The notes under the pieces were generated by a model. The model was given only the letters and a program-made list of their open reading frames with translations. It was not told where the DNA came from and did not search any database. From Alphaproteobacteria bacterium (GTDB lineage Bacteria > Pseudomonadota > Alphaproteobacteria > GCA-2746255): 64,000 bases of DNA. Shown here in pieces: positions 38,149 through 49,068 of the stretch. The DNA lies in NCBI GenBank assembly GCA_965249135.1, contig OZ252220.1:1504001-1568000 (forward strand), written 5' to 3'. Position 1 is the first letter of the stretch; every line of letters starts with the position of its first letter. The position numbers and the translations under genes are program-made.

Positions 38149-38814
38149 ATGGCTCATGCCTTCTTCCGAACCCTTCGCCAACTTGCCGACCCGGCCTTTC
38201 GTGGTCTTCTCGTTCGCGGCATCGGGCTTGCCATCGGAGCGATGGTGTGTCTCTGGATCCTCGCCTGGATTCTCTTTCGTACGACGACGGTTTTCGAGAC
38301 CGGCTGGCTCGAGGGGCTTTTCGACATCGGCGGGTTCGCAGCCGCCTTCTTGCTGACGGTGCTGCTGTTTCCTGGCTTCGTCACGTTAAGCTTGAGCTTC
38401 TTTCTGGAGGACGTGCTTGCGGCGATCGAACGGCGCGATTATCCGAACCTGCCGCCGCCGAGACGCCAGGGTTTCATCGAGATACTGTTCACGACGGCAA
38501 AGTTCACCGGCATCCTGATCCTTCTCAACCTGCTCGTGCTGCCGGTTTATCTCCTGCCGATTCTCGGAGCCGTGCCGTATCTTGCGATCAACGGCTATCT
38601 CTTGGGGCGTGAATATATGGAACTGGTTCAGGCCCGGCGTCTTGCAGCCAGCGAAGCAAAGGCCTTCCGGGCTCGGCATTGGGGAAGTATTTTCAGCGCC
38701 GGCATGACGATCGCGGTCTTCTCCACCATCCCCGGCCTCAACCTGGCCGCGCCGGCCCTTGGGCCGGCGCTTGCGCTGCACCTCTTCGAGCGCCTTCGGG
38801 AGAAGACGGCATGA
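38149..38814 (+). CDS. EI24/CysZ-like membrane protein
   Basis: Several TM helices; NGYLLGREY motif. Confidence 0.75.
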   Translation: MAHAFFRTLRQLADPAFRGLLVRGIGLAIGAMVCLWILAWILFRTTTVFETGWLEGLFDIGGFAAAFLLTVLLFPGFVTLSLSFFLEDVLAAIERRDYPNLPPPRRQGFIEILFTTAKFTGILILLNLLVLPVYLLPILGAVPYLAINGYLLGREYMELVQARRLAASEAKAFRARHWGSIFSAGMTIAVFSTIPGLNLAAPALGPALALHLFERLREKTA

Positions 38815-39215
38815 GGCGCCGCCTTGCCGCGCTGCGTTGCCGCACTTGGCGCCTCGCCTGGTTGCTGCCGGTGGCCGTTCTGGGATGCGAAGGGGTGATG
38901 CTGCCCAAAGGCGATTTCGAGCGCGCGGCGGCGCCCACCGCCATCGCCTCGCGAGCGACCCCGACGGAACTCGTCGGCCTTAATAAGGAAAATGTGCAGG
39001 ACCTGCTTGGCGAGCCGCAACTCATCCGTCGCGACGGCCCGGCGGAGGTATGGCAGTACACGGCGAACGCCTGCATCCTGGATCTTTTTCTTTACGAAGT
39101 CGGTGAGAAGCATCGCGTCGAATATATGGAGCTGCGTACCCAACCGGGCGAAGCCTTTCCAAAAGAACGCTGTTACGAGCAACTTCGCCAAGCAAAGAAA
39201 AAATCGCCTGCCTAG
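38811..39215 (+). CDS. Hypothetical lipoprotein
   Basis: Lipobox-like VLGC; LLGEP..RRDGPAEVWQY....CILDLFLY. Confidence 0.65.
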   Translation: MRRRLAALRCRTWRLAWLLPVAVLGCEGVMLPKGDFERAAAPTAIASRATPTELVGLNKENVQDLLGEPQLIRRDGPAEVWQYTANACILDLFLYEVGEKHRVEYMELRTQPGEAFPKERCYEQLRQAKKKSPA

Positions 39216-39217
39216 AA

Positions 39218-39853
39218 TCAGGCGATCGTCTTCGCCTCATATCCACAAAACTTGCGAACGATGCAGTTCGGGCAATCGGGCTTCCGCGCCTTGCACACGT
39301 AGCGCCCATGCAGGATGAGCCAGTGATGGGCATGACCACGGTATTTTTTTGGAACATGCTTCAACAAGGCTTCCTCGACGGCAAGCGGTGTCTTCCCGAG
39401 CGCAAGTCCCGTCCGGTTGCTAAGACGAAAGATGTGCGTATCGACGGCAATCGTCGGCTCGCCGAAAGCGATGTTCAAAACAACGTTTGCCGTTTTTCTC
39501 CCAACGCCCGGCAGGCTTTCCAGTGCGGCGCGATCCTTCGGCACTTTGCCATCGAAGCGTTCGATTAGCATCTTGCTTAGACGCAGGATGTTCCTTGCCT
39601 TCGTGTTGAAGAGGCCGATCGTGCGAATGGATGCGCGAAGTTTCCTTTCCCCCAGCTTCACCATCTTCTCCGGCGAATCGACGCGGGCAAAGAGCGGCCG
39701 GGTTGCCTTGTTCACACCGACATCCGTGGCCTGGGCGGAAAGGACGACGGCGACGAGCAGGGTGTAGGGATTGGTGTATTCGAGTTCGCCCTTCGGCTTC
39801 GGATTCGCCTTGGCCAGGGCCACAAAAAACTTCTCGACCTTCGCGTTAACCAT
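39218..39853 (-). CDS. nth: Endonuclease III
   Basis: LSAQATD, LPGVGRKTA HhH, AVDTH, CKARKPDCPNC Fe-S motif. Confidence 0.95.
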   Translation of the reverse strand: MVNAKVEKFFVALAKANPKPKGELEYTNPYTLLVAVVLSAQATDVGVNKATRPLFARVDSPEKMVKLGERKLRASIRTIGLFNTKARNILRLSKMLIERFDGKVPKDRAALESLPGVGRKTANVVLNIAFGEPTIAVDTHIFRLSNRTGLALGKTPLAVEEALLKHVPKKYRGHAHHWLILHGRYVCKARKPDCPNCIVRKFCGYEAKTIA

Positions 39854-39933
39854 GCCGCGAGCCTATCGGCTTATGGAAGGTACGAAAAGCCGTTTGGCTT
39901 TGGCTTGACCTGAAATCTCGCTAAACTATCGGG

Positions 39934-40458
39934 ATGGAGGAAACGAACGTTGAAAGTGACGAGGTCGAGGCAAAGCCCGTCCTCTTCTATGCCGAGATGC
40001 GCCCTCACCGAAGCTTGAGTCCGATGGGGTTCTGGATTCTCATGGCCGCCATCGGCGGCGTAAGCTTCGTCACCGGCATGGCGTTCCTTCTGGCGGGCGC
40101 GTGGCCGGTCTTTGGCTTCTTTGGGCTCGACTTTCTGCTCGTCTATGTTTTCTTCCGCTTGAACTACAGGGAAGCTCGCGCCTTCGAGACGCTGACATTG
40201 ACGGAAACGGAACTGCTGTTTCGCAAGGTGAGCCCGAAAGGAAAAGTCCGCTCTCACCGGTTCGAGCCCTACTGGCTGCGCGTCAAGATCGATGCGCCCT
40301 CTCAAACGCAAAGCCGGCTGACGCTTTCCTCCCACGGAAAGGCGGTCGAGATCGGCGCCTTCCTCACGGCGGATGAGAAGGTCGATCTGGCTCATGAAAT
40401 TCGCGAAGCACTTCGTCACCAACGCGAGCGCATCGAACCGGCCGCAGGCCTAGTCTAA
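39934..40458 (+). CDS. DUF2244-family membrane protein
   Basis: PHRSL, GAWPVFGFFGLD, IGAFL; divergent from nth as commonly seen. Confidence 0.8.
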   Translation: MEETNVESDEVEAKPVLFYAEMRPHRSLSPMGFWILMAAIGGVSFVTGMAFLLAGAWPVFGFFGLDFLLVYVFFRLNYREARAFETLTLTETELLFRKVSPKGKVRSHRFEPYWLRVKIDAPSQTQSRLTLSSHGKAVEIGAFLTADEKVDLAHEIREALRHQRERIEPAAGLV

Positions 40459-41205
40459 GCCCAGCACGTCTTCCATGCCGTAACGGCCGGGGGGCTGATC
40501 CAGCACCCAGCGCGCCGCGTGCACGGCGCCGCGGGCAAACACGCGGCGCGAGGTCGCCTCGTGCGTAAGTTCTAGCCGCTCGCCCTCGCCGGCGAAGATG
40601 ACGGTGTGCTCACCGACGAGATCGCCCGCCCGGATCGCCGCCATCGCAATCCTGTCCTTCTTGCGCCCACCGGCTTCGGCCGCCGCCCGAAGTGCCAACG
40701 CCGTTCCGGAAGGGGCATCCACCTTGTGGCGGTGATGCATTTCGGAAACGGCGACGTCGTACGTGTCGTCGAGGACGCCGGCCGCCTGCCGAGTCAGCGC
40801 GAATAGCAGGTTGACGGCGAGGCTCATGTTCGGCGCCTGGACGATGGCAACCGAGCCCGCCGCCTCATTAATTGCCTTTTCCTCTGCCGGCCCAAGCCCG
40901 GTCGTTCCGATGACAAGCGGGGTCTTCGTCTCGGTGGCAAGTTTGACATGGGCGGCCGTTCCCGCCGGCAGCGTGAAGTCGATTGCGACCTCCGAGGCTT
41001 CGAAGAGGGCGGCGATGTCGTGGGTGACGGCGACGCCAAGGGGCGAAAGGTCGGCCAACGTGCCTGCGTCTTTGCCGATCGCGTCCGAGCCGGCCACGTC
41101 GGCGGCGGCGGCAAGGGCAAGGCCTTCCCCTTCCGCAACTTCGCGAACGAGCATCCGGCCCATTCGGCCGGCCGCACCCAGAACGCCGATCTTGATCGTC
41201 GCCAT
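40450..41205 (-). CDS. dapB: 4-hydroxy-tetrahydrodipicolinate reductase
   Basis: GAAGRMG, IDFT, GTTG, EMHHRHKVDAPSGTA. Confidence 0.94.
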   Translation of the reverse strand: MATIKIGVLGAAGRMGRMLVREVAEGEGLALAAAADVAGSDAIGKDAGTLADLSPLGVAVTHDIAALFEASEVAIDFTLPAGTAAHVKLATETKTPLVIGTTGLGPAEEKAINEAAGSVAIVQAPNMSLAVNLLFALTRQAAGVLDDTYDVAVSEMHHRHKVDAPSGTALALRAAAEAGGRKKDRIAMAAIRAGDLVGEHTVIFAGEGERLELTHEATSRRVFARGAVHAARWVLDQPPGRYGMEDVLGLD

Positions 41206-41285
41206 TGCCGTTTCTCTTAAGCTTCGCCGGGATTTAAGCACAAGGCCTTGGGAAGGCGGAGGAAATTTTCGGAAAGGAGGAAGCC

Positions 41286-42416
41286 TTAGTCGCGAAGATC
41301 GTCCCAGAGTTCCTTCACCTTGTCGAGGAACCCTTCCGATGCGGGAGACATCTTCTTTGGATTGCCGGATTTTTCAAATTCACGCAGCAATTCCTGCTGG
41401 CGTTTCGTGAGGTTGACCGGCGTCTCGATGGCGGCGTCGATATACATGTCGCCCCGCCCACCCCCACGAAGTTTGGCCATCCCCTTGGCCTTCAGGCGGA
41501 ATTGCCGGCCCGTCTGGGCACCGGAGGGGATGGTGACACGGGCCCGCGTGCCATCGATCGTCGGCACCTCGATCGTCCCGCCAAGGGCTGCCGTCGTCAT
41601 CGGGATCGGCGCCTGGCAGTAAAGGTGGAGGCCTTGGCGCCGGAAGAAGCGGTGCGGCTGGATCGAAATGAAAAGGTAAAGATCGCCGACCGGTCCGCCA
41701 CGCAAGCCCGCCTCGCCCTCGCCGGCAAGCCGGATGCGCATGCCATCCTCGACGCCGGCCGGGATCGTCACGGAGAGCTTCTTCTCCTTCTGTACCCGAC
41801 CCAATCCATTGCAGGCCGTGCAGGGATCCTCGATGACACGGCCCACGCCATGGCAGGTTGGGCAGGTGCGCTCGATCGTGAAGAAGCCCTGCTGGGCGCG
41901 AACCTTGCCGGCCCCGTGGCAGGTCGTACAGGCCACCGGGCCCGCGCCGGCTGCCGCGCCGCTTCCTTTGCAGGTCGTACACGCCACAAGGGTGGGCACG
42001 CGGATCTCCGCCTGCTTGCCGCGGAAGGCTTCTTCGAGGGCGACTTCGAGATTGTAGCGAAGGTCGGAACCGCGCCCGGCACCTTGGCCCGCTTCCCCCC
42101 TGAAGCCAAAATCGCCGAACATCTCATCGAAGATGTCGGCGAAGCCGGTGAAGTCCCCGGCCCCCGGCCGGCCCGCGTGGGGGCCACCGGCCTCGAACGC
42201 GGCATGGCCGAAACGGTCGTAAGCCGCACGCTTCTGTTCGTCCTTCAGGACGTCGTAGGCTTCGTTGACATCTTTGAATTTTTGCTCGGCGGATTTGTCA
42301 TCCGGGTTGCGATCCGGATGATAGTTCATCGCCAGTTTGCGGTAGGCCTTCTTGATGTCCTCCGCGCCGGCGTTTTGCTGGACGCCCAGAGCTTCGTAGT
42401 AGTCACGTTTGGCCAT
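41286..42416 (-). CDS. dnaJ: Chaperone DnaJ
   Basis: HPD J-domain; four CxxCxGxG repeats. Confidence 0.96.
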   Translation of the reverse strand: MAKRDYYEALGVQQNAGAEDIKKAYRKLAMNYHPDRNPDDKSAEQKFKDVNEAYDVLKDEQKRAAYDRFGHAAFEAGGPHAGRPGAGDFTGFADIFDEMFGDFGFRGEAGQGAGRGSDLRYNLEVALEEAFRGKQAEIRVPTLVACTTCKGSGAAAGAGPVACTTCHGAGKVRAQQGFFTIERTCPTCHGVGRVIEDPCTACNGLGRVQKEKKLSVTIPAGVEDGMRIRLAGEGEAGLRGGPVGDLYLFISIQPHRFFRRQGLHLYCQAPIPMTTAALGGTIEVPTIDGTRARVTIPSGAQTGRQFRLKAKGMAKLRGGGRGDMYIDAAIETPVNLTKRQQELLREFEKSGNPKKMSPASEGFLDKVKELWDDLRD

Positions 42417-42481
42417 GCGATGGACTCCGGAAGTGAGAAAGGCTTGTCCCGCTCGGGACAAGGCCATTCAATGACGACGAA

Positions 42482-44410
42482 TCACTCTTCTTTTTTTTCT
42501 TCGTTTTCTTTGTTTTCGTCGTCGACCTCCTCGAAGTCAGCATCCACGACGGAACCCTCCTCGGCGCCTTCCGTTGCCTCCGGCGCTTCTGTGGCTTCCG
42601 CCTCCTGGCTCGCCTTGTACATGGCCTCGCCAAGTTTCATGGCGGACTGGGCAAGTTTTTCAACGGCCGAACGGATCGCCTGGGTATCCTCTGCGTCTTT
42701 TACGTCGTGAAGCGCCTGCAGATCCGTTTCGATCTGGCCGCGTTCGGCCTCCGGGACCTTGTCGCCATGCTCCTCAAGGTTCTTTTCCGTCGAATAAAGC
42801 AGGACTTCCGCCTGGTTCCGCGCTTCGACGAGTTCGCGCCGCTTCTTGTCCTCATCGGCGTGGCTCTCGGCATCCTGGACCATCTGATCGATTTCCTCTT
42901 CCGACAGTCCGCTGGAGGCCTGGATATGGATCGCCTGTTCCTTGCCGGTCGCCTTGTCTGTCGCAGACACGTTGACGATGCCGTTCGCATCGATGTCGAA
43001 GCGAACCTCGATTTGCGGCAAGCCCCGCGGCGAAGGCGGAATCCCCACCAGGTCGAACTGGCCCAAGAGCTTGTTATCCGAGGCCATTTCGCGTTCGCCT
43101 TGGAACACGCGGATCGTCACCGCCGTCTGATTGTCTTCGGCGGTCGAGAAAATCTGGCTCTTGCGTGTCGGGATCGTCGTGTTGCGATCGATGAGGCGCG
43201 TAAAGACGCCGCCCAAGGTCTCGATGCCAAGGGAAAGGGGGGTGACGTCAAGCAGCAGCACGTCCTTCACGTCGCCTCGTAACACGCCCGCCTGAATGGC
43301 AGCACCAATGGCGACGACTTCGTCCGGGTTGACCCCCTTGTGGGGGTCGCGGCCGAAAATCTGCTTCGCGATCTCGACGATCTTCGGCATCCGCGTCATG
43401 CCCCCGACGAGAATGACCTCGTCGATGTCGGATGCCTTGAGGCCGGCATCCTTCAACGCCGCCTTGCAAGGACCGACCGTGCGCTGGATCAGAGGATCGA
43501 CGAGCGCTTCGAGTTTGGCGCGCGTGAGTTTGATATTCAGATGCTTCGGGCCCGCCTGATCGGCCGTGATGAAGGGAAGGTTCACTTCCGTCTGCATCGC
43601 GCTTGAAAGTTCAATCTTCGCCTTCTCGGCCGCTTCTTTCAGGCGCTGAAGCGCCAAGCGGTCCGAGCGGATATCGATGCCGGATTCCTTTTTGAATTCA
43701 TCCGACAGGTAATCGATCACGCATTTATCGAAGTCCTCGCCGCCGAGAAAGGTGTCACCATTCGTCGACTTCACTTCGAAGACACCTTCGCCGATTTCCA
43801 ATACGGAAATATCGAACGTGCCGCCACCCAGATCATAAACGGCGATCGTGCCAGCCTCCTTTTTCTCGAGCCCATAGGCCAGCGCGGCTGCCGTCGGTTC
43901 GTTGATGATGCGCAGCACCTCGAGCCCAGCGATCTTGCCGGCGTCCTTCGTCGCCTGACGTTGGGAATCGTTGAAGTAGGCGGGCGCCGTGATCACGGCC
44001 TGGTCGACTTCTTCGCCGAGATAGGCTTCCGCCGTCTCCTTCATCTTTTGCAGAATGAAGGCGCTGATCTGGCTTGGGCTGTATTTCTCGTCCCGTGCCT
44101 CGACCCAGGCATCGCCACTGTCGGCGCGGATGATTTCGTAGGGAACCATCTCCTTGTCTTTCTGGGTCGTCGGGTCGTCATAGGGACGTCCGATCAGACG
44201 CTTGATCGCAAAGAGCGTGTTGCGGGGGTTCGTGACGCCTTGACGTTTCGCCGATTGGCCGATCAGGCGTTCGCCCTCGTCCGTGAAGGCCGCCATGGAA
44301 GGCGTCGTGCGGGTGCCCTCCGCGTTCTCGATGACCTTCGCGTTCTTGCCTTCCATGACCGCGACACAGGAATTCGTCGTACCTAGATCGATTCCGATGA
44401 CTTTACCCAT
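42482..44410 (-). CDS. dnaK: Chaperone DnaK
   Basis: [35 protein letters not shown]. Confidence 0.97.
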   Translation of the reverse strand: MGKVIGIDLGTTNSCVAVMEGKNAKVIENAEGTRTTPSMAAFTDEGERLIGQSAKRQGVTNPRNTLFAIKRLIGRPYDDPTTQKDKEMVPYEIIRADSGDAWVEARDEKYSPSQISAFILQKMKETAEAYLGEEVDQAVITAPAYFNDSQRQATKDAGKIAGLEVLRIINEPTAAALAYGLEKKEAGTIAVYDLGGGTFDISVLEIGEGVFEVKSTNGDTFLGGEDFDKCVIDYLSDEFKKESGIDIRSDRLALQRLKEAAEKAKIELSSAMQTEVNLPFITADQAGPKHLNIKLTRAKLEALVDPLIQRTVGPCKAALKDAGLKASDIDEVILVGGMTRMPKIVEIAKQIFGRDPHKGVNPDEVVAIGAAIQAGVLRGDVKDVLLLDVTPLSLGIETLGGVFTRLIDRNTTIPTRKSQIFSTAEDNQTAVTIRVFQGEREMASDNKLLGQFDLVGIPPSPRGLPQIEVRFDIDANGIVNVSATDKATGKEQAIHIQASSGLSEEEIDQMVQDAESHADEDKKRRELVEARNQAEVLLYSTEKNLEEHGDKVPEAERGQIETDLQALHDVKDAEDTQAIRSAVEKLAQSAMKLGEAMYKASQEAEATEAPEATEGAEEGSVVDADFEEVDDENKENEEKKEE

Positions 44411-44537
44411 GGTCTCATTTCTCCCTCGGCTGGCCCAGAAGGCCACAAATGGCACCCTCCAAACCCCCATTCCGACCAGTGATATGCAGCGTCAGGATCG
44501 AGAAATCCTTAACGTTTTCGGGGATTCGCTGGGGGAT

Positions 44538-44566
44538 ATATATGTCCTGATCAAGGCGACGACAAC
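44538..44566 (-). promoter_or_regulatory. Putative RpoH-type promoter upstream of dnaK
   Basis: GTTG-N18-CATATAT on minus strand, resembling the alphaproteobacterial sigma32 consensus. Confidence 0.45.
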
Positions 44567-44595
44567 CGGGGGACGGTGCTTTTTTAGAATACCGT

Positions 44596-44627
44596 ATCCG
44601 GGTGGCACGAAATCCGGGTGGCACGAA
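44596..44627. repeat. Perfect 16-bp tandem duplication ATCCGGGTGGCACGAA x2
   Basis: Seen directly in the grpE-dnaK intergenic region. Confidence 0.85.
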
Positions 44628-44639
44628 AGGTGAACGCCT

Positions 44640-45278
44640 TCAGGCCTCCGTATCCACGTGGGGCCCCTTTTCTCTTCCGTTTCCGTCCGCCGCCGCCTTC
44701 GCCACGCCGACCATGGCCGGGCGGAGCAGCCGGTCGTTCAGGGTGTAGCCGATCTGCATGACCTCGACGACGGTGCCGGGCGGGGCGTTCGCCGTCTCGA
44801 CCTCGAACATCGCCTGATGGAGGTCGTGATTGAACTTCTCGCCCATCGGATCGACCTTCTGGATGTTGTAACGATCCAGCGTGGCGAGCAGCTCTTTTTC
44901 CGTCATCAAGAGGCCTTCGATCAGAGATTTCATGCCTTCGTCCGACACGCTTCCCACATCCGGCGCGTTCTCGATAGCCCGACGGAGGTTGTCCGCGACA
45001 CCGACAATCGCGCGGGCAAAATCGGCAATCGCAAATTTGCGCGTCTGGTTCTGCTCGCGCTCGGTACGGGCCCGCAGATTTTCCATGTCGGCGAGCGTGC
45101 GCAGCAACTGATCTTTTGCTTCCGCCAACTCGCGCTCGGGATCGGGCTCAGCCGTTTCTTCGCCCGACCCTTGCTGGGTTGCGGCTTCCTGTCCGTCAAG
45201 CTCGGTTTCGTCTTCGCCTGCTTGCGCTTCCGGCATTTCGTCTTCTGCCGGCTTTTCGTCTTCGTCCGGTTTCGTCAT
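44640..45278 (-). CDS. grpE: Nucleotide exchange factor GrpE
   Basis: ADMENLRAR, FNHDLHQA, GYTLNDRLLRPAMV. Confidence 0.94.
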   Translation of the reverse strand: MTKPDEDEKPAEDEMPEAQAGEDETELDGQEAATQQGSGEETAEPDPERELAEAKDQLLRTLADMENLRARTEREQNQTRKFAIADFARAIVGVADNLRRAIENAPDVGSVSDEGMKSLIEGLLMTEKELLATLDRYNIQKVDPMGEKFNHDLHQAMFEVETANAPPGTVVEVMQIGYTLNDRLLRPAMVGVAKAAADGNGREKGPHVDTEA

Positions 45279-45300
45279 ATCGCCAAGATGAATTTTTAGG

Positions 45301-46356
45301 TTATCCGATAAAGCGCCCGATCAATTGAGCAGTGTAATCTACCATCGGAATGATTCGCGCGTAATTAATTCGCGTCGGTCCGACGACACCGATGGCGCCA
45401 ACGATCTGCTGGCGGCTGTTGCGGAAGGGGGAGACGATCATCGCGCAGCCGGAAAGACCAAAGAGTTCGCTTTCCGCGCCGATGAAGATCTGAACGCCTT
45501 GCGCCTTTTCCGAAAGCGAGAGAAGGCGGTTCAACATTTCCTTCCGCTCAAGCGCTTCGAAGAGCGAGCGGATGCGTTCGATTTCCTCGATCGCCGTGAC
45601 ATCCTCGAGAAGGTGCGCCTGACCATGAACGATGAGGGAGGTAGCCCCATCGCCCCCCGACCAGGTCGCAAGCCCTTCGGCGACGACCCGGGAAGTGAGT
45701 TCGTCCAACTGGGTGCGGTGCGCATGAATCTCGTTCAGGATTTCCGCATGCGCCTCCTGAAGTGTGTGCCCGACGAGCCGCGCGGTCAGGTAGTTCGTCG
45801 CCTCGACAAGCGCCGAGGGCGGCAACCCTAGGGGCAATTCGATGATGCGGTTCTCGACGATTTCGTCTTCCGTCACGATCACGACAAGGGCCCGCCTGGG
45901 CCCGACCTGAACGAATTCGATATGTTTCAGCGCGCGTTCCGTCTTCGGCGCAACCACCAGACTTGCGCAGGCGGAAAGACCGGAGAGCGCATGGGAAGCT
46001 TCTTCCAGGAGTTCCTGCATGCTGTGTCCCTCTGGCGTGCATTGGCGTTCGATGTTGCGACGCTCGGGCTCGCTTAAGTCCCCGATCTCGAGAATGCCGC
46101 TGACGAAAAGGCGCAGGCCCGCCTCCGTCGGCAGGCGGCCGGCGGAGGTATGAGGCGAATAAAGCAACCCGGCCGTCTCGAGGTCCGCCATCACGTTGCG
46201 GACCGTGGCCGGGGAAAGGGGGGCACTCAACATCTGGGTGAGCATCGCCGAACCCACCGGTGAGCCCGTCTTCACATAGGCGTCCACGATGCAGCTGAAG
46301 ATTTCCCGGCTACGTTCGTTAAGCTCGACGAACGCTAGATTGCTCTTCTCGGTCAT
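45301..46356 (-). CDS. hrcA: Heat-inducible repressor HrcA
   Basis: SPATVRNVMADLE, SPHTSAGRLPT, GVVGPTRINY. Confidence 0.94.
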   Translation of the reverse strand: MTEKSNLAFVELNERSREIFSCIVDAYVKTGSPVGSAMLTQMLSAPLSPATVRNVMADLETAGLLYSPHTSAGRLPTEAGLRLFVSGILEIGDLSEPERRNIERQCTPEGHSMQELLEEASHALSGLSACASLVVAPKTERALKHIEFVQVGPRRALVVIVTEDEIVENRIIELPLGLPPSALVEATNYLTARLVGHTLQEAHAEILNEIHAHRTQLDELTSRVVAEGLATWSGGDGATSLIVHGQAHLLEDVTAIEEIERIRSLFEALERKEMLNRLLSLSEKAQGVQIFIGAESELFGLSGCAMIVSPFRNSRQQIVGAIGVVGPTRINYARIIPMVDYTAQLIGRFIG

Positions 46357-46387
46357 GTCTGAAAATGACTGTTTTCCCAAGTCTCTA

Positions 46388-46416
46388 ATCTAGGTATCCG
46401 TCCAGGGACCGTCAAC
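46388..46416 (-). promoter_or_regulatory. Putative RpoH-type promoter upstream of hrcA-grpE
   Basis: GTTG-N18-CCTAGAT on minus strand. Confidence 0.5.
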
Positions 46417-46518
46417 GCGCCACCGCCTCCGGCCCAAGGCTGGACTTCGCCTTCGCTTGCGGGCTAGCTTGGCGACGAGGCACCTCAATTTTCCGAAACT
46501 TCATGGAAAGGACGGCCC

Positions 46519-47238
46519 ATGCGACCTTCCGGCCGCGCGCCCGACGCGCTTCGGGCCGTCCATCTGGAGACCGGCGCAGCCAAGCATGCGGAAGGGTCCT
46601 GCCTCGCGCATTTCGGCGATACCCAGGTCCTGTGTACGGCATCCGTCGAGGAAAGGGTGCCGTTCTTTCTGCGCAATCAGGGGACGGGCTGGATCACCGC
46701 CGAATATGGAATGCTGCCACGTTCCACCAACACCCGGACGGATCGCGAGGCCGTGCGCGGCAAACAATCCGGACGAACCCATGAAATTCAGCGGCTGATC
46801 GGCCGCAGTCTTCGCGCGGTGACGGATTTGACCCTACTTGGTGAACGACAGATCCGGATCGACTGCGACGTTCTACAGGCCGACGGCGGCACGCGAACGG
46901 CAGCCATCACCGGCGCGTACGTTGCCCTTTATCAGGCCTTGGACCTTCTCTTAAAGAACGACGCGTTCCCAACGCTCCCCATCAAGGATCAGGTCGCCGC
47001 CATCTCGTGTGGAATCTGGCAAGGGACGACCATCCTCGATCTCGACTATGCGGAAGACAGCGCGGCGGAGACGGACGCGAATTTCGTACTTACCGGTTCC
47101 GGTGCAATCGTCGAAATCCAGGGGACGGCGGAAGAGGCGCCGTTTGGGAAGGATCAGTTCCTGAAACTGCTGGAGCTTGCCGAAAAGGGGACCGCCGAAC
47201 TCGTCGGACACCAGCGACGAGCTCTTGGCATCGCTTAA
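46519..47238 (+). CDS. rph: Ribonuclease PH
   Basis: [37 protein letters not shown]. Confidence 0.96.
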   Translation: MRPSGRAPDALRAVHLETGAAKHAEGSCLAHFGDTQVLCTASVEERVPFFLRNQGTGWITAEYGMLPRSTNTRTDREAVRGKQSGRTHEIQRLIGRSLRAVTDLTLLGERQIRIDCDVLQADGGTRTAAITGAYVALYQALDLLLKNDAFPTLPIKDQVAAISCGIWQGTTILDLDYAEDSAAETDANFVLTGSGAIVEIQGTAEEAPFGKDQFLKLLELAEKGTAELVGHQRRALGIA

Positions 47239-47241
47239 GCG

Positions 47242-47841
47242 ATGGCCCGGCGATACACCGAGAAGAAACTGGTGCTCGCCAGTCACAATCCCGGCAAGGT
47301 GCGGGAGATTGCCGAGCTTCTCGAGCCGTTCGACGTCTGCGTCCTTTCCGCAGACGACCTCGAGTTGGAAGAGCCGGCGGAGACGGGCGCCACCTTTGCC
47401 CAGAATGCGCAACTGAAGGCGGCGGCGGCGGCCGAGGCCACCGGTCTTCCGGCCTTGGCGGACGATTCCGGCCTCGTCGTGCCGGCGCTGGGCGGGCGGC
47501 CCGGCATCCGTTCGGCGCGCTGGGCAGGCCCCGGCAGGGACTTCAAGGATGCGATGCGCCGCGTCCACGAGATGCTGGAAGGCCACCCGGACAATCGCGC
47601 CCATTTCGTCTGCGCGCTCGCCCTTTGCTGGCCGGATGCCCATTGCGAATGCTTCGAAGGCATTGTCGAGGGCAGGCTTGCCTGGCCGCCGCGGGGCAAG
47701 AGGGGGTTCGGCTACGATCCCATGTTCGTGCCCGAGGGCCATGCGATCACCTTCGGGGAGATGGCGCCCGAGGAAAAACACAAGATCAGTCACCGGGCGA
47801 ACGCCTTTCGGAAACTCATCGAAGCCTGTTTCGTTCGTTAA
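47242..47841 (+). CDS. rdgB: dITP/XTP pyrophosphatase (HAM1 family)
   Basis: [25 protein letters not shown]. Confidence 0.93.
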   Translation: MARRYTEKKLVLASHNPGKVREIAELLEPFDVCVLSADDLELEEPAETGATFAQNAQLKAAAAAEATGLPALADDSGLVVPALGGRPGIRSARWAGPGRDFKDAMRRVHEMLEGHPDNRAHFVCALALCWPDAHCECFEGIVEGRLAWPPRGKRGFGYDPMFVPEGHAITFGEMAPEEKHKISHRANAFRKLIEACFVR

Positions 47842-47850
47842 GGGAAACCG

Positions 47851-49068
47851 ATGTCGCTCAAAACTGCCGACGCGATGAAGGAAGCAAGCCCTAATCTCAC
47901 GGAAACGGGGCTTGCCCTTTACGTGCACTGGCCGTTCTGCCTTTCGAAATGTCCCTATTGCGATTTCAACAGTCATGTGCGCGAGGCGATCGAACCGATA
48001 CGCTGGGAGCGCGCGCTTCTTACGTCCCTCGACCAAGCGGCCAAGGAGACGCCGGGGCGAACGCTTACCAGTCTCTTCTTCGGCGGCGGCACGCCCTCGC
48101 TCATGGCCCCATCGACGGTCGCCCGTCTCGTCAAGCGGGCCAAGACCCACTGGCAAGTAGGCGACGATCTTGAAGTCACGCTGGAGGCGAACCCGACATC
48201 TGCGGAAGAAAGTCGCTTCGAAGCCTTCGCCGAGGCCGGCGTCAACCGGCTTTCGTTGGGCGTACAGGCGTTGCGCGAGGATGCCCTTCGCTTCTTGGGC
48301 CGCGAACACAGCGTGGGTGAGGCGCTTTCGGCGCTGGAAATGGCGAAGGTGACCTTCGCCCGGGTCTCCTTCGACCTTCTCTACGCGCTCCCCGACCAGA
48401 CCCTTGCGGACTGGCGCAGCGAGCTCGAGGAGGCGCTCACGCTGGCGGATGGCCATCTGTCGCTCTACCAGCTCACCATCGAGCCCGGCACCGCCTTCTT
48501 CCAACAGGAGAAGCAGGGCGCCTTCGCCGTCCCGGCCGCGGCATCCGCCGCGCAGCTTTTTGAGACGACCCAAGCCATGGTCGAGCAGGCGGGGTTCGCG
48601 GCTTACGAAATTTCCAACCACGCAAAGCCGGGCGAAGAATGTCGCCACAACCTCGCCTATTGGCGGGGCTGCGAATATATCGGGATCGGTCCCGGGGCGC
48701 ATGGGCGCGTGGGCGGCCGGTCGCACCGGGAAGCGCGCCGAAGCCGGCAGGAAATCCGGCTGCCGGAACGCTGGCTTGCCGCCGTCGAGGACCGGGGCCA
48801 CGGCCTGGAGACGGACGCACCGCTTGATGCAAACGACCGGCTTGCGGAGCTTGTGATGATGGGGCTTCGCCTTCGCGACGGGATCTCGCGCGCCAATTTC
48901 CGCAGCAAAATGGGTTTGGAAATCGAGGCGGCCTTTCCGTCCGCCGCACTCACGGCCTTGCGCGAAGGCGGGTTTCTTGTTCTGGACGAACGCGGCTTGC
49001 GCACCAGCGCGAAGGGGCGGCTCAGGCTCGACGCGATCCTGCCGCGACTCTTAGGAAAGCTAGCTTAA
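47851..49068 (+). CDS. hemW: Radical SAM heme chaperone HemW
   Basis: YVHWPFCLSKCPYCDFNS, GGGTPS, YEISN, HNLAYW. Confidence 0.92.
   Translation: MSLKTADAMKEASPNLTETGLALYVHWPFCLSKCPYCDFNSHVREAIEPIRWERALLTSLDQAAKETPGRTLTSLFFGGGTPSLMAPSTVARLVKRAKTHWQVGDDLEVTLEANPTSAEESRFEAFAEAGVNRLSLGVQALREDALRFLGREHSVGEALSALEMAKVTFARVSFDLLYALPDQTLADWRSELEEALTLADGHLSLYQLTIEPGTAFFQQEKQGAFAVPAAASAAQLFETTQAMVEQAGFAAYEISNHAKPGEECRHNLAYWRGCEYIGIGPGAHGRVGGRSHREARRSRQEIRLPERWLAAVEDRGHGLETDAPLDANDRLAELVMMGLRLRDGISRANFRSKMGLEIEAAFPSAALTALREGGFLVLDERGLRTSAKGRLRLDAILPRLLGKLA

Noticed and set aside
40630-40700. DapB appears to have a shortened loop after SGTALAL
   Set aside because: In frame, catalytic motifs intact, and this loop varies in length among DapB proteins
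44411-46518. CIRCE operator near hrcA/grpE/dnaK
   Set aside because: No TTAGCACTC-N9-GAGTGCTAA seen
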